Origin: Meyerozyma guilliermondii
Taxonomy: Eukaryota
DNA length: 64,000 nucleotides
NCBI GenBank assembly: GCA_051546255.1
Contig: CP128819.1
Span: forward strand, 434,001 to 498,000
Reading direction: 5' to 3'
Both the position numbers and the translations under genes were made by a program. Below, in pieces: positions 28,916-43,635 of this stretch. Position 1 is the stretch's first letter. The number at the start of each line of letters is the position of its first letter. A model generated the notes under the pieces. It ran no database searches. It saw only the letters and a program-made list of their open reading frames with translations, and had not been told where the DNA came from.

Positions 28916-30889
28916 ATGGAAAACGGCAAACCAAAGACAAAGAAAAGGAAATATAGCAGAAATGGGTGTAAGGAATGTAAGCGACGCAAACAGAAATGCG
29001 ATGAGGGAAAACCAGCATGCCATCAATGCACAAGATTGCATAAAGTATGCATTTACGATCTTGAAAGACCAATTAGGTTTGAAAATCTGGGGTATATTCT
29101 TGCAGTGCAAGAGACGGAACACAATCGAGGAAACAGAAATGACACGGGTAGCAAGTTAACGGGCCAGACTCCTACAAAAATGTCCTCGAAACATGTTTCT
29201 TCTGTACCAATACCCAATCTGCTCACACCTCTTCTGCTACCGGAGATGGACTTCAATGAGTCAATTGGAAGTCTCGATCTACAAGTTGCAAAAGATCTCT
29301 TGGACGACGCAAACTCGCTCGTTACTAATATCCATGATCTCGCTACACATGAATTGACATTAGATGATATAATAATCCCAGAGATAGCAGATATGCCGCA
29401 CTTGTCACCCGAGAGCTTGGCACCAGAAGCCATTTTGGGAACTGTGAATAACAGGAAACTCGCAAACGAGGTGATTGAAAAATATGATTTACAAGACGCA
29501 GACAAAGAGCTTTTGACAAGCGTATGTCTCGGTCCCAAGTCCTATTTAATATTCCCATTTGCATCGTCGGTTGAGTCCAACCAGGTAATGACAGTTCTAC
29601 TCCAGCACCTGAAGTCTTGCCCATATCTTCTATACTCTCTTCTTGCAATCTCTGCAACCTTTCAATTCAATCTTGGAAATGAACACTGTGATGTTATCTC
29701 CAGAACTCATATTTCCACCTGTTTGAAGCTACTCAGCGCAGCATTTTCTCCAGAGCTTAGTGAAAATGTCAACAAGAGCATTTGGAATGACATTGAAGGT
29801 CTTCTTCTTACTGTCTTGGTGCTCACCACCAATTTTGCAGCAAGTTACAAGGTGAACAAAGTGGGCATCTTGCACTCATGGAGAACCCATCTTCGTGGTG
29901 CCAAGGACTTGCTTCTCAATTACATCCTCAACTACAAGCGACGAAATATTTCACCTGGTCTAGCACTTGCAAAGCTTTGGTACTTTGCTATCGAGATGAC
30001 AGCCGGCTTGAACTCTCCCCTTGGAGGTACCTTGAGCAAGGTCAGAAAACTGGACAAACCACAGATCAAATCAGAAAATAGAGAAACAGTCGAACAAGCC
30101 CAAGAAGATGAACTATTGTTCTTGGATACTGGCTTCTTTGATGAACACAGCAATCCGGAATACTATCGAATATTGGTCCAGTCACAACTTGTGACCACTG
30201 GTGCTCACCCATTCAACCTATTTCTAGGATACACCATTGAGTATGTGAGAGCCGCCGAAGAGCTAGTACGAGGGATAATTTTTCTTAGGGAACATCCCAA
30301 CAACCGATTATCGACAAACCAAATTGCAAAGATTACTTCATTGATTTACCAATCTCTTCAGGCTACAGTCATTCCCGGCGTAAATCTCAAGACATTCGAA
30401 GTACTGGATACAGTTCAGGTAGATATACCTGCTTCTCTTGCAATTTCAGAAGGAAAGCGAGTATCATGGTTTGATCTTGCCCAACAAGTGCACACCAATC
30501 ATCTTTATCTCAAGATGCTAATAACCCCTGGCATGATGAACCTTCCCAAAACCCACCATCTAGTCAGAGAGTTGGTATCAACTCTAATTGAAAGTCTAGT
30601 AATGGTGAAGAAACGAAGTTCCGATGGCTCATTCTATCTCGATCGCAACATATTTGACAGTAGGGCCATGATGATTCAATCGCCTATTGTCCAATGCATT
30701 GAGTTGATAGATAACCTTGACGACCTAGAAAAGGCAAGTTTGTATTTCCATGGCCTTGTCGAGCTAGGAACTGGTAGTGCAGCAGCAGCCTGCGAAAGAG
30801 TACGAAAGCATCGCATTAATTTGCAGCAATTAAAATTTGAAGATATTTCCTACCACGATCCTGAGGTGGAAACACTTCCATTTTCATGA
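28916..30889 (+). CDS. Zn(II)2Cys6 transcription factor, Lys14 family
   Basis: KRKYSRNGCKECKRRKQKCDEGKPACHQCTRLHKVCIY, close to the Lys14 cluster; WRTHLRGAKDLL motif. The paralog (LYS14/142/143/144) cannot be assigned. Confidence 0.85.
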   Translation: MENGKPKTKKRKYSRNGCKECKRRKQKCDEGKPACHQCTRLHKVCIYDLERPIRFENLGYILAVQETEHNRGNRNDTGSKLTGQTPTKMSSKHVSSVPIPNLLTPLLLPEMDFNESIGSLDLQVAKDLLDDANSLVTNIHDLATHELTLDDIIIPEIADMPHLSPESLAPEAILGTVNNRKLANEVIEKYDLQDADKELLTSVCLGPKSYLIFPFASSVESNQVMTVLLQHLKSCPYLLYSLLAISATFQFNLGNEHCDVISRTHISTCLKLLSAAFSPELSENVNKSIWNDIEGLLLTVLVLTTNFAASYKVNKVGILHSWRTHLRGAKDLLLNYILNYKRRNISPGLALAKLWYFAIEMTAGLNSPLGGTLSKVRKLDKPQIKSENRETVEQAQEDELLFLDTGFFDEHSNPEYYRILVQSQLVTTGAHPFNLFLGYTIEYVRAAEELVRGIIFLREHPNNRLSTNQIAKITSLIYQSLQATVIPGVNLKTFEVLDTVQVDIPASLAISEGKRVSWFDLAQQVHTNHLYLKMLITPGMMNLPKTHHLVRELVSTLIESLVMVKKRSSDGSFYLDRNIFDSRAMMIQSPIVQCIELIDNLDDLEKASLYFHGLVELGTGSAAAACERVRKHRINLQQLKFEDISYHDPEVETLPFS

Positions 30890-31063
30890 ATATAAAAATA
30901 GAAATTGCAACACAATATGGTGCAACAATTCCGAATGTAACCTCCTCATAACTGCATATACTCGTATAGCCTATACGACTCCTATTTTAGTGTATGTTTA
31001 CGGTTCATACACGAGCCGCGTATATAGTACACGAGATCCGACTGAAAACATTCTATATTTGCT

Positions 31064-32473
31064 ATGTCGGAGCAAACTCCTTTGGTGGATAATGACAGCT
31101 CAAATGTCAACAAATCTGAACCCAAACCAGGCTATCTTGCCCCAGACCAAATCGAATGGGAATTTGGTGGTCCTTTAGGAGCCTTTGGAATGATGACTGG
31201 GTTTCCACTCTTGATGATTTATATGTGGATTAGCGCTCAATTCTATGGTGGATACCCAGCATGGCCATCTGAAGGTCAAGCTTGGCTGGATTTCTTGTGT
31301 AATGATTTCTGGGGATACTTTGTTAATCATGGAATTCCATCATTCACCTCGTGGTTTGTGTTCACCACTTTCATGTTGGTCCAAGGTTTCTTTTACTTGA
31401 CTTTACCAGGATTCTGGACCAAGGGCCAGCCATTGGCACACATGAACAACAAGCAATTGCCTTACTACTGTAACGCCGTGTGGTCCTTTTACACTACCGT
31501 GGCTATTGCACTCATTCTCCATTACACTGGTCTTTTCAAGTTGACTTATCTTTTGGACCACTTTGGAGAGATCATGGTCACTGCCATCGTTTATGGTCTC
31601 ATATTGCCCGTGGTGTTGTACGTCTTGTGTCTTACCAAATTTCACGACTACCACAGAATGACCGGTAATCACATCTACGATATTTTCATGGGTGCTCCAT
31701 TGAACCCAAGAATCGGTAAGTACTTGGACCTCAAGATGTTCTTCGAGGTCAGAATCCCTTGGTTCATCTTGTTCCTCTTGTCGTTGGCTCTTGTTGTCAA
31801 GCAAATCGATGAATACGGAAGAGTAACTCCTCAGGCTCTGTTCGTCTTATTGGCACATTGGCTCTATGCCAACGCTTGTGCTAAGGGTGAGGAGCTCATT
31901 GTGCCCACCTGGGATATGGCATACGAGAAATTTGGCTTCATGTTGTTATTCTGGAACATTGCTGGTGTTCCTTTCACCTACTGCCACTGTACACTCTACT
32001 TGGCTTTCCACGAACCAGAAGAGTACCAATGGTCCACGTTATACAACACCACGTTATTCGTGATTTTGCTTATCGCTTACTACTTCTTTGACACCGGTAA
32101 CCGTCAAAAGAACAGTTTCAGAAGAATAATGGCAGGAAACACTTCCGTGCGCAAAACCTTCCCATACTTGCCCTACTCTGATTTGGAAAACCCAAAGTAC
32201 ATCAAGACCGAAAATGGTTCTTATTTGTTGACCGATGGCTGGTATGTGTATGCTCGTAAGATGCATTACACTGCTGATTATACCCAAGCATTAACCTGGG
32301 GCTTGATTTGTGGCTTCAACTCACCATTCCCATGGTTCTTCCCTGTGTTCTTTTTCATCGTATTGGTTCATAGAGGATACCGTGATACTGCCAAGTGTCA
32401 AAAGAAATACGGAAAAGACTGGGATAGATACGTGGAGGCATGCCCTTATATGTTCATTCCTTATGTGTGGTAA
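31064..32473 (+). CDS. ERG4: Sterol C-24(28) reductase
   Basis: [57 protein letters not shown]....PY.FIPYVW. Confidence 0.96.
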   Translation: MSEQTPLVDNDSSNVNKSEPKPGYLAPDQIEWEFGGPLGAFGMMTGFPLLMIYMWISAQFYGGYPAWPSEGQAWLDFLCNDFWGYFVNHGIPSFTSWFVFTTFMLVQGFFYLTLPGFWTKGQPLAHMNNKQLPYYCNAVWSFYTTVAIALILHYTGLFKLTYLLDHFGEIMVTAIVYGLILPVVLYVLCLTKFHDYHRMTGNHIYDIFMGAPLNPRIGKYLDLKMFFEVRIPWFILFLLSLALVVKQIDEYGRVTPQALFVLLAHWLYANACAKGEELIVPTWDMAYEKFGFMLLFWNIAGVPFTYCHCTLYLAFHEPEEYQWSTLYNTTLFVILLIAYYFFDTGNRQKNSFRRIMAGNTSVRKTFPYLPYSDLENPKYIKTENGSYLLTDGWYVYARKMHYTADYTQALTWGLICGFNSPFPWFFPVFFFIVLVHRGYRDTAKCQKKYGKDWDRYVEACPYMFIPYVW

Positions 32474-32556
32474 GTGACTACAAGACCTACTAGTAGAAGG
32501 TTTTTAAAGCTCTTTGCTGCAGTAAAAGTTATTCATGTTTGACGTTTATTTAGAAT

Positions 32557-33383
32557 CTAGTCTTGCTCTGCAATTGACACCAATCGTTCATCGATCTCGT
32601 CGGCAGATAAAATTCTGAATCCTTCAGCAGTAGCTACTCCAATTTCGATGTCATTCTTGCGGAAATCAGTTCCCAAGATGGAGCTCAATGAAATAATAGC
32701 AAACTCAACCGTTTCTTTCCAATCTCCCTTTACATGGTCGGTCTTTTTGAACTTCTTCTCCAAATATGTCGTAGCTTCTTGTTGCTTTGGTCCAGTGGCC
32801 ACTGCCTTGACCCCAGTATAGTATCCAGCAGGATCACATTTGAACAACTTGGGTCCCTTATCGTCGTCTTCCACGTCAACTTGACAAAATGTAAGGGCCA
32901 CACCCAACGGTCTCATATATGCTCTCTGGGTATATAACTGCGACAAGTTGGCCATTCTCTTGGCTAAACTTTCCACGGGCATCTCATATCCGTACTGGTA
33001 ACGGAACTCAGCTGCCTCAGAACGGGCACGAAGCGCCTGAGCCCGGGCATCAGCTATGGATCCGGTGGCTACCAACCCAATGGATGGGGTAATTTTGAAC
33101 ATGTAAGAAACAGTTTTGGGGTCCAATAACTTGTCAGGAATCTTTTTCTGTGAAATGAGAACGGCACTGTCCTTGCCGGTGATTCCTAAACAGGTGATGT
33201 TGGCCGAATTGATCGCTTTGAACGCATATTCCACCTGGTACAATCTTCCCTCAGGAGAGAAAATAGTGATGTGTCTGTCAAAACCAGCAGATCCTGAGTT
33301 AGTATAATTGACCAAAAACCAAAAAAGCCACTTGGATAGCCATAATAATTGAAAGTTTCTCTAATTCTGTACTTACCAGACAT
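32557..33383 (-). CDS. SCL1: 20S proteasome alpha1 subunit; two exons (33383-33377 and 33293-32557)
   Basis: [35 protein letters not shown]; splicing gives [10 protein letters not shown]..., 247 aa. Confidence 0.96.
33294..33376 (-). other. Spliceosomal intron of SCL1 (83 nt)
   Basis: GTAAGT donor after ATGTCTG, branch TACTAAC at 33304-33298, CAG acceptor ending 33294; removal restores the frame. Confidence 0.93.
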
Positions 33384-33487
33384 GGTGATTGACGCCACTT
33401 GAGCGTTCAATCCAAACTATCCACCTCCAGGTCACGTGCGCGAACATCTACAATTTTTGTGTCTTGCAAACCAGCAGTGCCATCTTC

Positions 33488-34846
33488 ATGTCGGTTCCGG
33501 TCAGTGAAACGGATACGTTTCTGCCGGATAAAAAGACGGCTGAAAATACTCCATTTTATGACTCCATATGTAAACAGCTGAATGTTTCTTATCATTTTAA
33601 TCCAGAGGTATCTCAGTACCATTTTGGACCTTACCATCCTATGAAGCCGTTTCGTCTTATGCTTACAGACCACTTGGTAATTTCCTACAAGTTGTACGAG
33701 AAGATGGACTTGTATACCCCCCGCCGAGCGACTAAGGAAGAACTATTGGAGTTCCATTCTGACGATTACATTGACTTTTTGGCCAAAGTCACACCAGAAA
33801 CCGTAACCAAATTACCAGAATCAACACTTGCACACTTTAATATAGGAGACGATTGTCCTGTTTTCGACGGCATGTACGACTACTCGACCATATACGCCGG
33901 GGCGACCCTAGATGCTCTGCGTAAGCTTATTAGTGGCATGTCAGATATTGCGATAAATTGGTCGGGAGGACTTCACCATGCCAAAAAGTACGAACCTAGT
34001 GGGTTTTGTTATGTGAACGATATCGTTCTCAGTATCATCAATCTTTTGCGTGTACATCCCCGAGTGATGTACATAGATATAGATTTACATCATGGTGATG
34101 GTGTACAAGAAGCGTTTTATGCTACAGATAGAGTGATGACGGTATCGTTTCACAAATATAATGGGGAATTCTTTCCAGGGACAGGGTCCATAGACGAACG
34201 AGGAATGGACAAGGGCAAGAATTTCGCCATTAATGTGCCATTGAAGGATGGTATTGATGATGAGAGTTATGTGCGATTATTTAAGCTGATCATGGAACCT
34301 TTGATCACCAAGTTCCAACCCACATGTATCGTGCAACAATGCGGAGCAGATTCCTTGGGCTATGACCGATTGGGCTGCTTCAATTTGAATATCAAGGCAC
34401 ATGGTGAGTGTGTCAAATTTATCAAGTCGTTCGAAATTCCAATGCTTGTTCTAGGTGGAGGAGGATACACTCCTCGTAACGTTTCTCGTCTTTGGTGTTA
34501 CGAGACGTCTGTGCTCACAGATGTAACATTGAACCATAAAATCCCCAATTATCTTCCATCCTACGATTGGTTTGGCCCTGACTTTTCACTCCATCCACAA
34601 CTTGACGGCCGAATAGACAACAAAAACTCCAAAAAATATCTCGAGAGTGTGAAACAAGATATCCTAGAGCAACTACGCTACTTGGCTTATGCCCCAAGTG
34701 TACAAATGCAAGAGATTCCACCAGACATCACCGGACTAACTGAGGACGAAGACCAAATAATAAAAGAGCTCAATGAAGAACAAGACGGAACCAGGGAAAC
34801 ACAAAACACAAAAGATGAAGCCAGGGTGGGCGAACTAAGAGAATAA
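33488..34846 (+). CDS. HOS2: Class I histone deacetylase Hos2 (Set3C)
   Basis: [54 protein letters not shown]; first ATG 33488. Confidence 0.93.
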   Translation: MSVPVSETDTFLPDKKTAENTPFYDSICKQLNVSYHFNPEVSQYHFGPYHPMKPFRLMLTDHLVISYKLYEKMDLYTPRRATKEELLEFHSDDYIDFLAKVTPETVTKLPESTLAHFNIGDDCPVFDGMYDYSTIYAGATLDALRKLISGMSDIAINWSGGLHHAKKYEPSGFCYVNDIVLSIINLLRVHPRVMYIDIDLHHGDGVQEAFYATDRVMTVSFHKYNGEFFPGTGSIDERGMDKGKNFAINVPLKDGIDDESYVRLFKLIMEPLITKFQPTCIVQQCGADSLGYDRLGCFNLNIKAHGECVKFIKSFEIPMLVLGGGGYTPRNVSRLWCYETSVLTDVTLNHKIPNYLPSYDWFGPDFSLHPQLDGRIDNKNSKKYLESVKQDILEQLRYLAYAPSVQMQEIPPDITGLTEDEDQIIKELNEEQDGTRETQNTKDEARVGELRE

Positions 34847-34985
34847 TTGGGTAAAGCCCTTCATGGGCCATGTATTCTAGCTGTACCATATCACTTACAT
34901 AAGCAACGCTGTAACTATATCGGGTTTGATGAACTATTGTTAGCCATTTGACGGCTAGAAATATATTTGTCATTGTCACCACTAT

Positions 34986-36809
34986 ATGGACGTGTCCAAG
35001 CTTTCCATTGAAGATGATCCTGTCACCCACAAGAAAACTATTAACAATAGATATCGGATAGTCCGCAAAGTTGGAGAGGGCCAATTTGGAAAGGTGCTCT
35101 TAGCATTAGACACCACCAATAAGGAGGATGTAGCTATCAAAACTATTAATCGAATAGACAAAAAGAAGCTTATCACCAAGACCTACCTCAATCAGGCGAC
35201 AAAAATCAAACGCGAGATACAGATCATGAAAGAATGCTCACATCCCAACGTGGTGAAACTCTTTTCTGTGATTGATGATTTGAAATACGATAAAATTCTT
35301 CTTGTACTTGAATATTGCCAATACGGGGAGATTGACTGGAAGCGATATAACCATTATAATGAAAAATACTTCAAAGAAGATGGACTCACATTGAACCGCA
35401 TACTACGTGATGTAGTCAATGGATTGGATTACCTTCACAATTACAAACGCATTATACACAGAGACCTCAAGCCGTCCAATCTACTTATCAGTAGAGACCG
35501 AACCATCAAGATCTCTGATTTTGGGGTTAGTTTGATTTTGGAGAACAACGCAAATGACCAAAAAGAGTTAGGTAAGACCATGGGGACGCCGGCGTTCTAT
35601 GCACCTGAACTCTGTCAATTTGTCAATAATAGACTCTCGATGATTGAAGATATCAGCAAGTCCAAAACTCGAATAGATCTGCGAATAGATATTTGGTCCT
35701 TGGGTGTTGTGTTATATTGTCTTGAGTTTCATGAACTACCATTCAATGGTTTCAACGAGTACGGATTGTTCAAAAACATAGTTAACAAGACACTCACGTT
35801 TCCTCCCACGAAGCACGTGAAGCGGACTACCGACGAGGATGTTAAAGAACTAGACTACCTCAAAGACTTGATAACGAAATTATTGATGAAAGATCCAAAC
35901 CAAAGAATCACGATAGATGAGATCAAACTGCACCCCTTTATATTGTACGACTTGAACCCCCAGCAGGTTGAAGAGTTCAAAAACTTTAATAGAAGCACCG
36001 TCAAGAAGACACATGAAGGACTTACGAATAAGATTCGGAAATTGTTCGTGGGCAAGGCTCCGCCAAAAGCTGAAAAAACCGAATCATACCTAGCACTGGA
36101 GAATCTCGAACCTGTTGACGAGCTTTTGGATTCTTATTTAGATTCGTCGTCGGAAAGTGAGTATGAAGAAGAAGGTGAACAGGTTGAATCGATCAGAAAG
36201 CTGCCTCCACCTTTGGAGCTCATACCGCCTTCTACACTTGGTGAATCTGGGTCAGGTCTGAGAAGCAACAGAAGTTCAAGCCTGAGCAACTCTTTTGCTT
36301 CTAGTCCAGTCACCGTGGGTGCAGCATCACCTTCTTCGCAGCTGTCACTTTTCAGTCCTTCAAAGAGGTTTTTCTCAAGACGACAAAAAAGCAAAAAAGC
36401 TGAACCTCCCCAACCCACCATCAGTTCACTCTCGAGTCCTACTTCCGACAACTATACTATGGAACCTCCCGCAGTATTTGGATCGAACAATCTGTCGTCT
36501 TCGTGTTCTCGCAAAAACTCAATGATTTCACAGCGGTCAGGAGGAGGCTTGAGTCGAATCACCAGCTCCAATTCGTCGTTAAATTTGAACATGTACTTAA
36601 CTGACGACACCTTGTCACTACACACATCCAGTGGTGGAAGCAGAGCAAGCAGAGATAGTGGGGCTAGCAGAAATAGTATAAGCGGAGCGGACGACACCAT
36701 GAGCAACCCCGATGATACTCTCACCTATGAAGATCGTTTGCCTGAGGTGGGTCGTCATTTCGACATGAGCCGGTACTTGGACCTGCTTGATGGAGGCATC
36801 AGCAATTAG
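34986..36809 (+). CDS. ELM1: Snf1-activating CAMKK-family kinase (Elm1-like)
   Basis: GEGQFGKV, REIQIMK...HPNVVKL, HRDLKPSNLL, DFGVS, GTPAFYAPELC; shorter than typical Sak1. Assignment within Elm1/Sak1/Tos3 is tentative. Confidence 0.62.
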   Translation: MDVSKLSIEDDPVTHKKTINNRYRIVRKVGEGQFGKVLLALDTTNKEDVAIKTINRIDKKKLITKTYLNQATKIKREIQIMKECSHPNVVKLFSVIDDLKYDKILLVLEYCQYGEIDWKRYNHYNEKYFKEDGLTLNRILRDVVNGLDYLHNYKRIIHRDLKPSNLLISRDRTIKISDFGVSLILENNANDQKELGKTMGTPAFYAPELCQFVNNRLSMIEDISKSKTRIDLRIDIWSLGVVLYCLEFHELPFNGFNEYGLFKNIVNKTLTFPPTKHVKRTTDEDVKELDYLKDLITKLLMKDPNQRITIDEIKLHPFILYDLNPQQVEEFKNFNRSTVKKTHEGLTNKIRKLFVGKAPPKAEKTESYLALENLEPVDELLDSYLDSSSESEYEEEGEQVESIRKLPPPLELIPPSTLGESGSGLRSNRSSSLSNSFASSPVTVGAASPSSQLSLFSPSKRFFSRRQKSKKAEPPQPTISSLSSPTSDNYTMEPPAVFGSNNLSSSCSRKNSMISQRSGGGLSRITSSNSSLNLNMYLTDDTLSLHTSSGGSRASRDSGASRNSISGADDTMSNPDDTLTYEDRLPEVGRHFDMSRYLDLLDGGISN

Positions 36810-38128
36810 AGCATGGGAGATCACTTGTAGAGAGTATATAGAGAGCATAAGCTGAGTCGTCCGGTTAGGCGAGCACAAAATATGAAACATGTTTACGATG
36901 CCCAGAACAGCACTAATTGCGATACCCTCTAATTACACAGTTATAGCATCGCTAAATGTAAGAGTCATTTACATTCCCGGCATTCTACAATTATTTGCAT
37001 CCTCATTCCCAACTTCAGACACATGCAATGACAAATACTACTGTAGCCGGTAATACTTCCCAGAGCGTACAACAATAGTTCGCATCCTGCCTTTTCCAGC
37101 ACCCCCGCCGCGCGATGGCACGCACCACAGTTGTTGTATGCTCAGGTGATATTGTGCTGCAAGGGCCGAACATGACACAATGGGCGATTTGAATTGACGA
37201 GCGGATATCGTGATTGTGTTTTAGGTGCCGTGCGTGACATTGTCATCGATTATGTTCGGTGACATGGCCGCGGTTACCTAATTCAGGTATATGCACCCAC
37301 CGCAATTTAATTCATGCCGTGGAATGCGCCTCGTTGAAACCTGCCAAGTTTTCAATTGGCTTGTTAAATACGGTTCCGTTGAAGTGAGGGTGCAAAAAGT
37401 GCGTAAAAAATAACCCCAAACCATCATCCACACATACGGCTCGGGTCACCAAATGGGGTCGTGCATACCGATCCGGCGTCTACATCTTCCCTTTCCTTCT
37501 CCTCTTATTGTTAATCGTTTCACGTTTCTTCTGTCGCAGCTGATGCCTTCCTGTTTGATCCGCAATGTAAATAAACACCGCGCACAAAAACGCGAAATTA
37601 CATCTACGATGCGTGCGGGACAGCAACCGGAACCCACAATGGGAAACGGGACAAGGTTACATATAACCTAAATTTTACCCTGGATTCCCAACGTGCTATA
37701 TTTCGTTCACTCACCTTGGTCACCTTCCACTCGTTTCGTTGGTGTCACTAAAGGTGTCATTGCTTGGTTTATTGGTCCTTGACTAGTTGACAGGTATTGA
37801 CGATTCTCCTTGACTATCCCTGGAAAACCGACAATCCCCGATACCACTAATACGTTATTAGCAGCTTTACCCATCACATTCGTTTACCTTTTGCATTTTG
37901 CCTTCAGTCGTCTACACAGTTGATCCGCCCATTGTCCTACAGGCTTTCCTGATTCCTGAATTACACCACTTGTTTCGCATTTCAGGACGGGGCAACACGA
38001 CAAAGACTGCAGGCTCATCTACTTTGCACAGCCAAAATTCGTGCAGCATCTGAGCTGCATATCAATTACATTTGTGGCTCCGAACTTTTTATATTTGACA
38101 CAAACGCATCTTGCAACCTTTTGCAAGT

Positions 38129-40120
38129 ATGGACCTCAAAAGACCTTCCAACAAACGAGATCGCCCTTTGAGTAGCTGCTTCGAATCTCCTGCCACTCAG
38201 AAATGGAGTGAACAATCATTTATTCCCCGTTCTCCAAGTAAGGGAAACCCAGAAATTGCTGAAGTTGATGAGGTTGAAGATGAAGAACTCTTCGCATCAC
38301 CAGTGCGTCGCCGGAAACCATTCAAGAATATCACCAACTTGGTCAATAGCTTTGAAACTTCGGTCCGCTCCAAACTCATGAGTGCCACAATGCCCTTTTT
38401 AACCAGGTCGTCGACTCTGGTGGAGCAGCATCTGTCGGCAGTTAAATCACCAGTGCAACAGCCTAGAAAACCAGCTAGACCCCCCATTGCGGTTTTGCAA
38501 GCGCCTCCCGCCAATATCCGTCGCATCCATTCGATGTGCCAGACATCTCGTGAGAAGGAAACCTGCTCTATGGAGAGTAATTCTCATTTGCAGAAAACTA
38601 ATATTTCTTATTTCAAAGTCGACAATGATCTATTTCCTCGAATCGAAGCCGACGAACTCAAGAAAGTACTCGCCGGCGACTACGAAAACACTTTTGATGA
38701 AGTGGTTATTGTCGATTGTAGGTTCGAGTACGAATTCAATGGAGGCCACATTGATGGGGCGGTAAATCTCATGACGCAAGAAGACCTTGAAAACTACTTT
38801 ATGACTGAAAAGCGTCTTGGTAGTAAAGCCAAACGCTTGTGCGTGTTTCACTGCGAGTTTAGTGTTTTCAGAGGTCCAACAATGGCTGGCCATTTGCGTA
38901 AATTAGATCGTATCGCAAACAGCGATTCCTATCCTCATTTGTCTTACCCAGACATCGTTATACTTGAAGGTGGCTACGAGAAGTTTTTCTCCAAGCATAT
39001 TAGTCATTGCATCCCTCAAGCCTACGTGGAAATGAAAGATATCAATTATCAGCATACTTGCGAAGAGGAAATGAATAAGGTCCGCAAGTCGACAAAGCTC
39101 CCTCGAGCTAAATCATTTCATCAATTTGGTGCAAAGGCTTCGCTGCCAAAACACTCGAGATCGAAGTCATATACTACCGTTACTTCCCATGCTGAAAACT
39201 TGAAAGTATTGAAGCGTCACAGATCTTCATCAATAATGAACAAACCCACCAGATCGGGTAGCTTGGATCTCAAACTTTCGAGGGCTTCCACCTTTTCTCA
39301 CGCAGCTTCTGTATTCAATTCATCACCAACAACCAGTCCCGTGTTGACGGTGTTTAACAACATAGTGGACGAAGATTTGCAACCACCTACTGCACTGTTC
39401 AAAGTTAGCTCACAGAGGCAGTCAACTGGCTCAAACTACTCCCTTTCATGTTCCTCCATTAATTCATCCAATTCGTCCATTTCTTCCGAACATGTTTCTG
39501 CTTTTTCATCCACAGACTCATTGTCTGACACATTTACATCTCCACTTCTCGAAGCAAGCAGCTTCTTCGAGACAAGTTCACTGTCTCCTTTCAACAAGTC
39601 TTCTGGTAGCAAGCATTCGGTATTAAGATCGACCACCAAGAAGCCTTCTTGTCCCTTACCTACTATTCCAAATGTTCCAGTAACTTCCCCAGAACTTCCC
39701 TTTGGCACATTGATCAACCACAATCCTTCCAACTTACCTCTGACTAGTTTTACATTTCCAGCTCAGAAGGCACCAAAGCAAGTCAAACCGCAGAGCCTCA
39801 ATCGCATACTGGTGACAAAGAACCCGCAACCTGCGGTTACATCCTCGCCATTAATAAGCTCGCCTTTATCCACTTTCACGCCTATGTCAACACATCACAA
39901 CTTGACTTCGCCTACTCACATAATTGATCCCATTAATGAATCACCCGTGGATTTCTCGGTTCCAGTGACGAACTACAAGGGAAGTTACCTCAGGCGCCTT
40001 TCAACTGACGGAGGTTTACACAAGTTTGTAACCTTAGATATAGATGAGGTAGATGAGGAGCATGATGGCAACGACACAACCGTGACGGATATCATCGATG
40101 AAAAGTCATATAATGAATAG
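38129..40120 (+). CDS. MIH1: Cdc25-family phosphatase Mih1
   Basis: VDCRFEYEFNGGHIDGAVN, HCEFSVFRGP (CX5R), YPDIVILEGGY; first ATG 38129. Confidence 0.93.
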   Translation: MDLKRPSNKRDRPLSSCFESPATQKWSEQSFIPRSPSKGNPEIAEVDEVEDEELFASPVRRRKPFKNITNLVNSFETSVRSKLMSATMPFLTRSSTLVEQHLSAVKSPVQQPRKPARPPIAVLQAPPANIRRIHSMCQTSREKETCSMESNSHLQKTNISYFKVDNDLFPRIEADELKKVLAGDYENTFDEVVIVDCRFEYEFNGGHIDGAVNLMTQEDLENYFMTEKRLGSKAKRLCVFHCEFSVFRGPTMAGHLRKLDRIANSDSYPHLSYPDIVILEGGYEKFFSKHISHCIPQAYVEMKDINYQHTCEEEMNKVRKSTKLPRAKSFHQFGAKASLPKHSRSKSYTTVTSHAENLKVLKRHRSSSIMNKPTRSGSLDLKLSRASTFSHAASVFNSSPTTSPVLTVFNNIVDEDLQPPTALFKVSSQRQSTGSNYSLSCSSINSSNSSISSEHVSAFSSTDSLSDTFTSPLLEASSFFETSSLSPFNKSSGSKHSVLRSTTKKPSCPLPTIPNVPVTSPELPFGTLINHNPSNLPLTSFTFPAQKAPKQVKPQSLNRILVTKNPQPAVTSSPLISSPLSTFTPMSTHHNLTSPTHIIDPINESPVDFSVPVTNYKGSYLRRLSTDGGLHKFVTLDIDEVDEEHDGNDTTVTDIIDEKSYNE

Positions 40121-40229
40121 CATAAATTTTCCACAACAATAAATTGATAATAATAACTTGATGATAATAACTTGATAATAACCTTCTATTCTAACAACAC
40201 GTTATTCATTAAAGAAATAATAAATACAA

Positions 40230-43373
<3,144 letters not shown>

Positions 43374-43635
43374 CTAAAGTTTCCAGAAACAGTAACTTTT
43401 AATAAAAGTCAGTTGAAAAATTGCCTCCTTCTCCAATTGCATCTCACCATATTCCACCTTCCCTTTACCTCGGCTGTCCTGCAGCCATATGCACGCACTC
43501 GATTGTCCACAAACTCATCGAAACCCTATCTCTTTCCAATTCCTGCAAACTTTACGATCTACCTTTGCTTATGTAAGCACCACATTTCTCGAGATCCCTC
43601 ATCAAGTGACCATCAAATTCTGCATTAGCACATTT

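Noticed and set aside
36810..38128. ncRNA or gene in the 1.3 kb gap before MIH1
   Set aside because: No recognisable snoRNA/snRNA boxes or credible ORF; forkhead-like GTAAATAAACA (~37567) and CGCGAAA (~37591) suggest an ordinary cell-cycle promoter and long 5' UTR.
40141..40185. GATAATAACTT tandem repeats between MIH1 and FOX2 (and TTAAT repeats near 46015-46045)
   Set aside because: Short AT-rich slippage repeats in convergent terminator regions; common.
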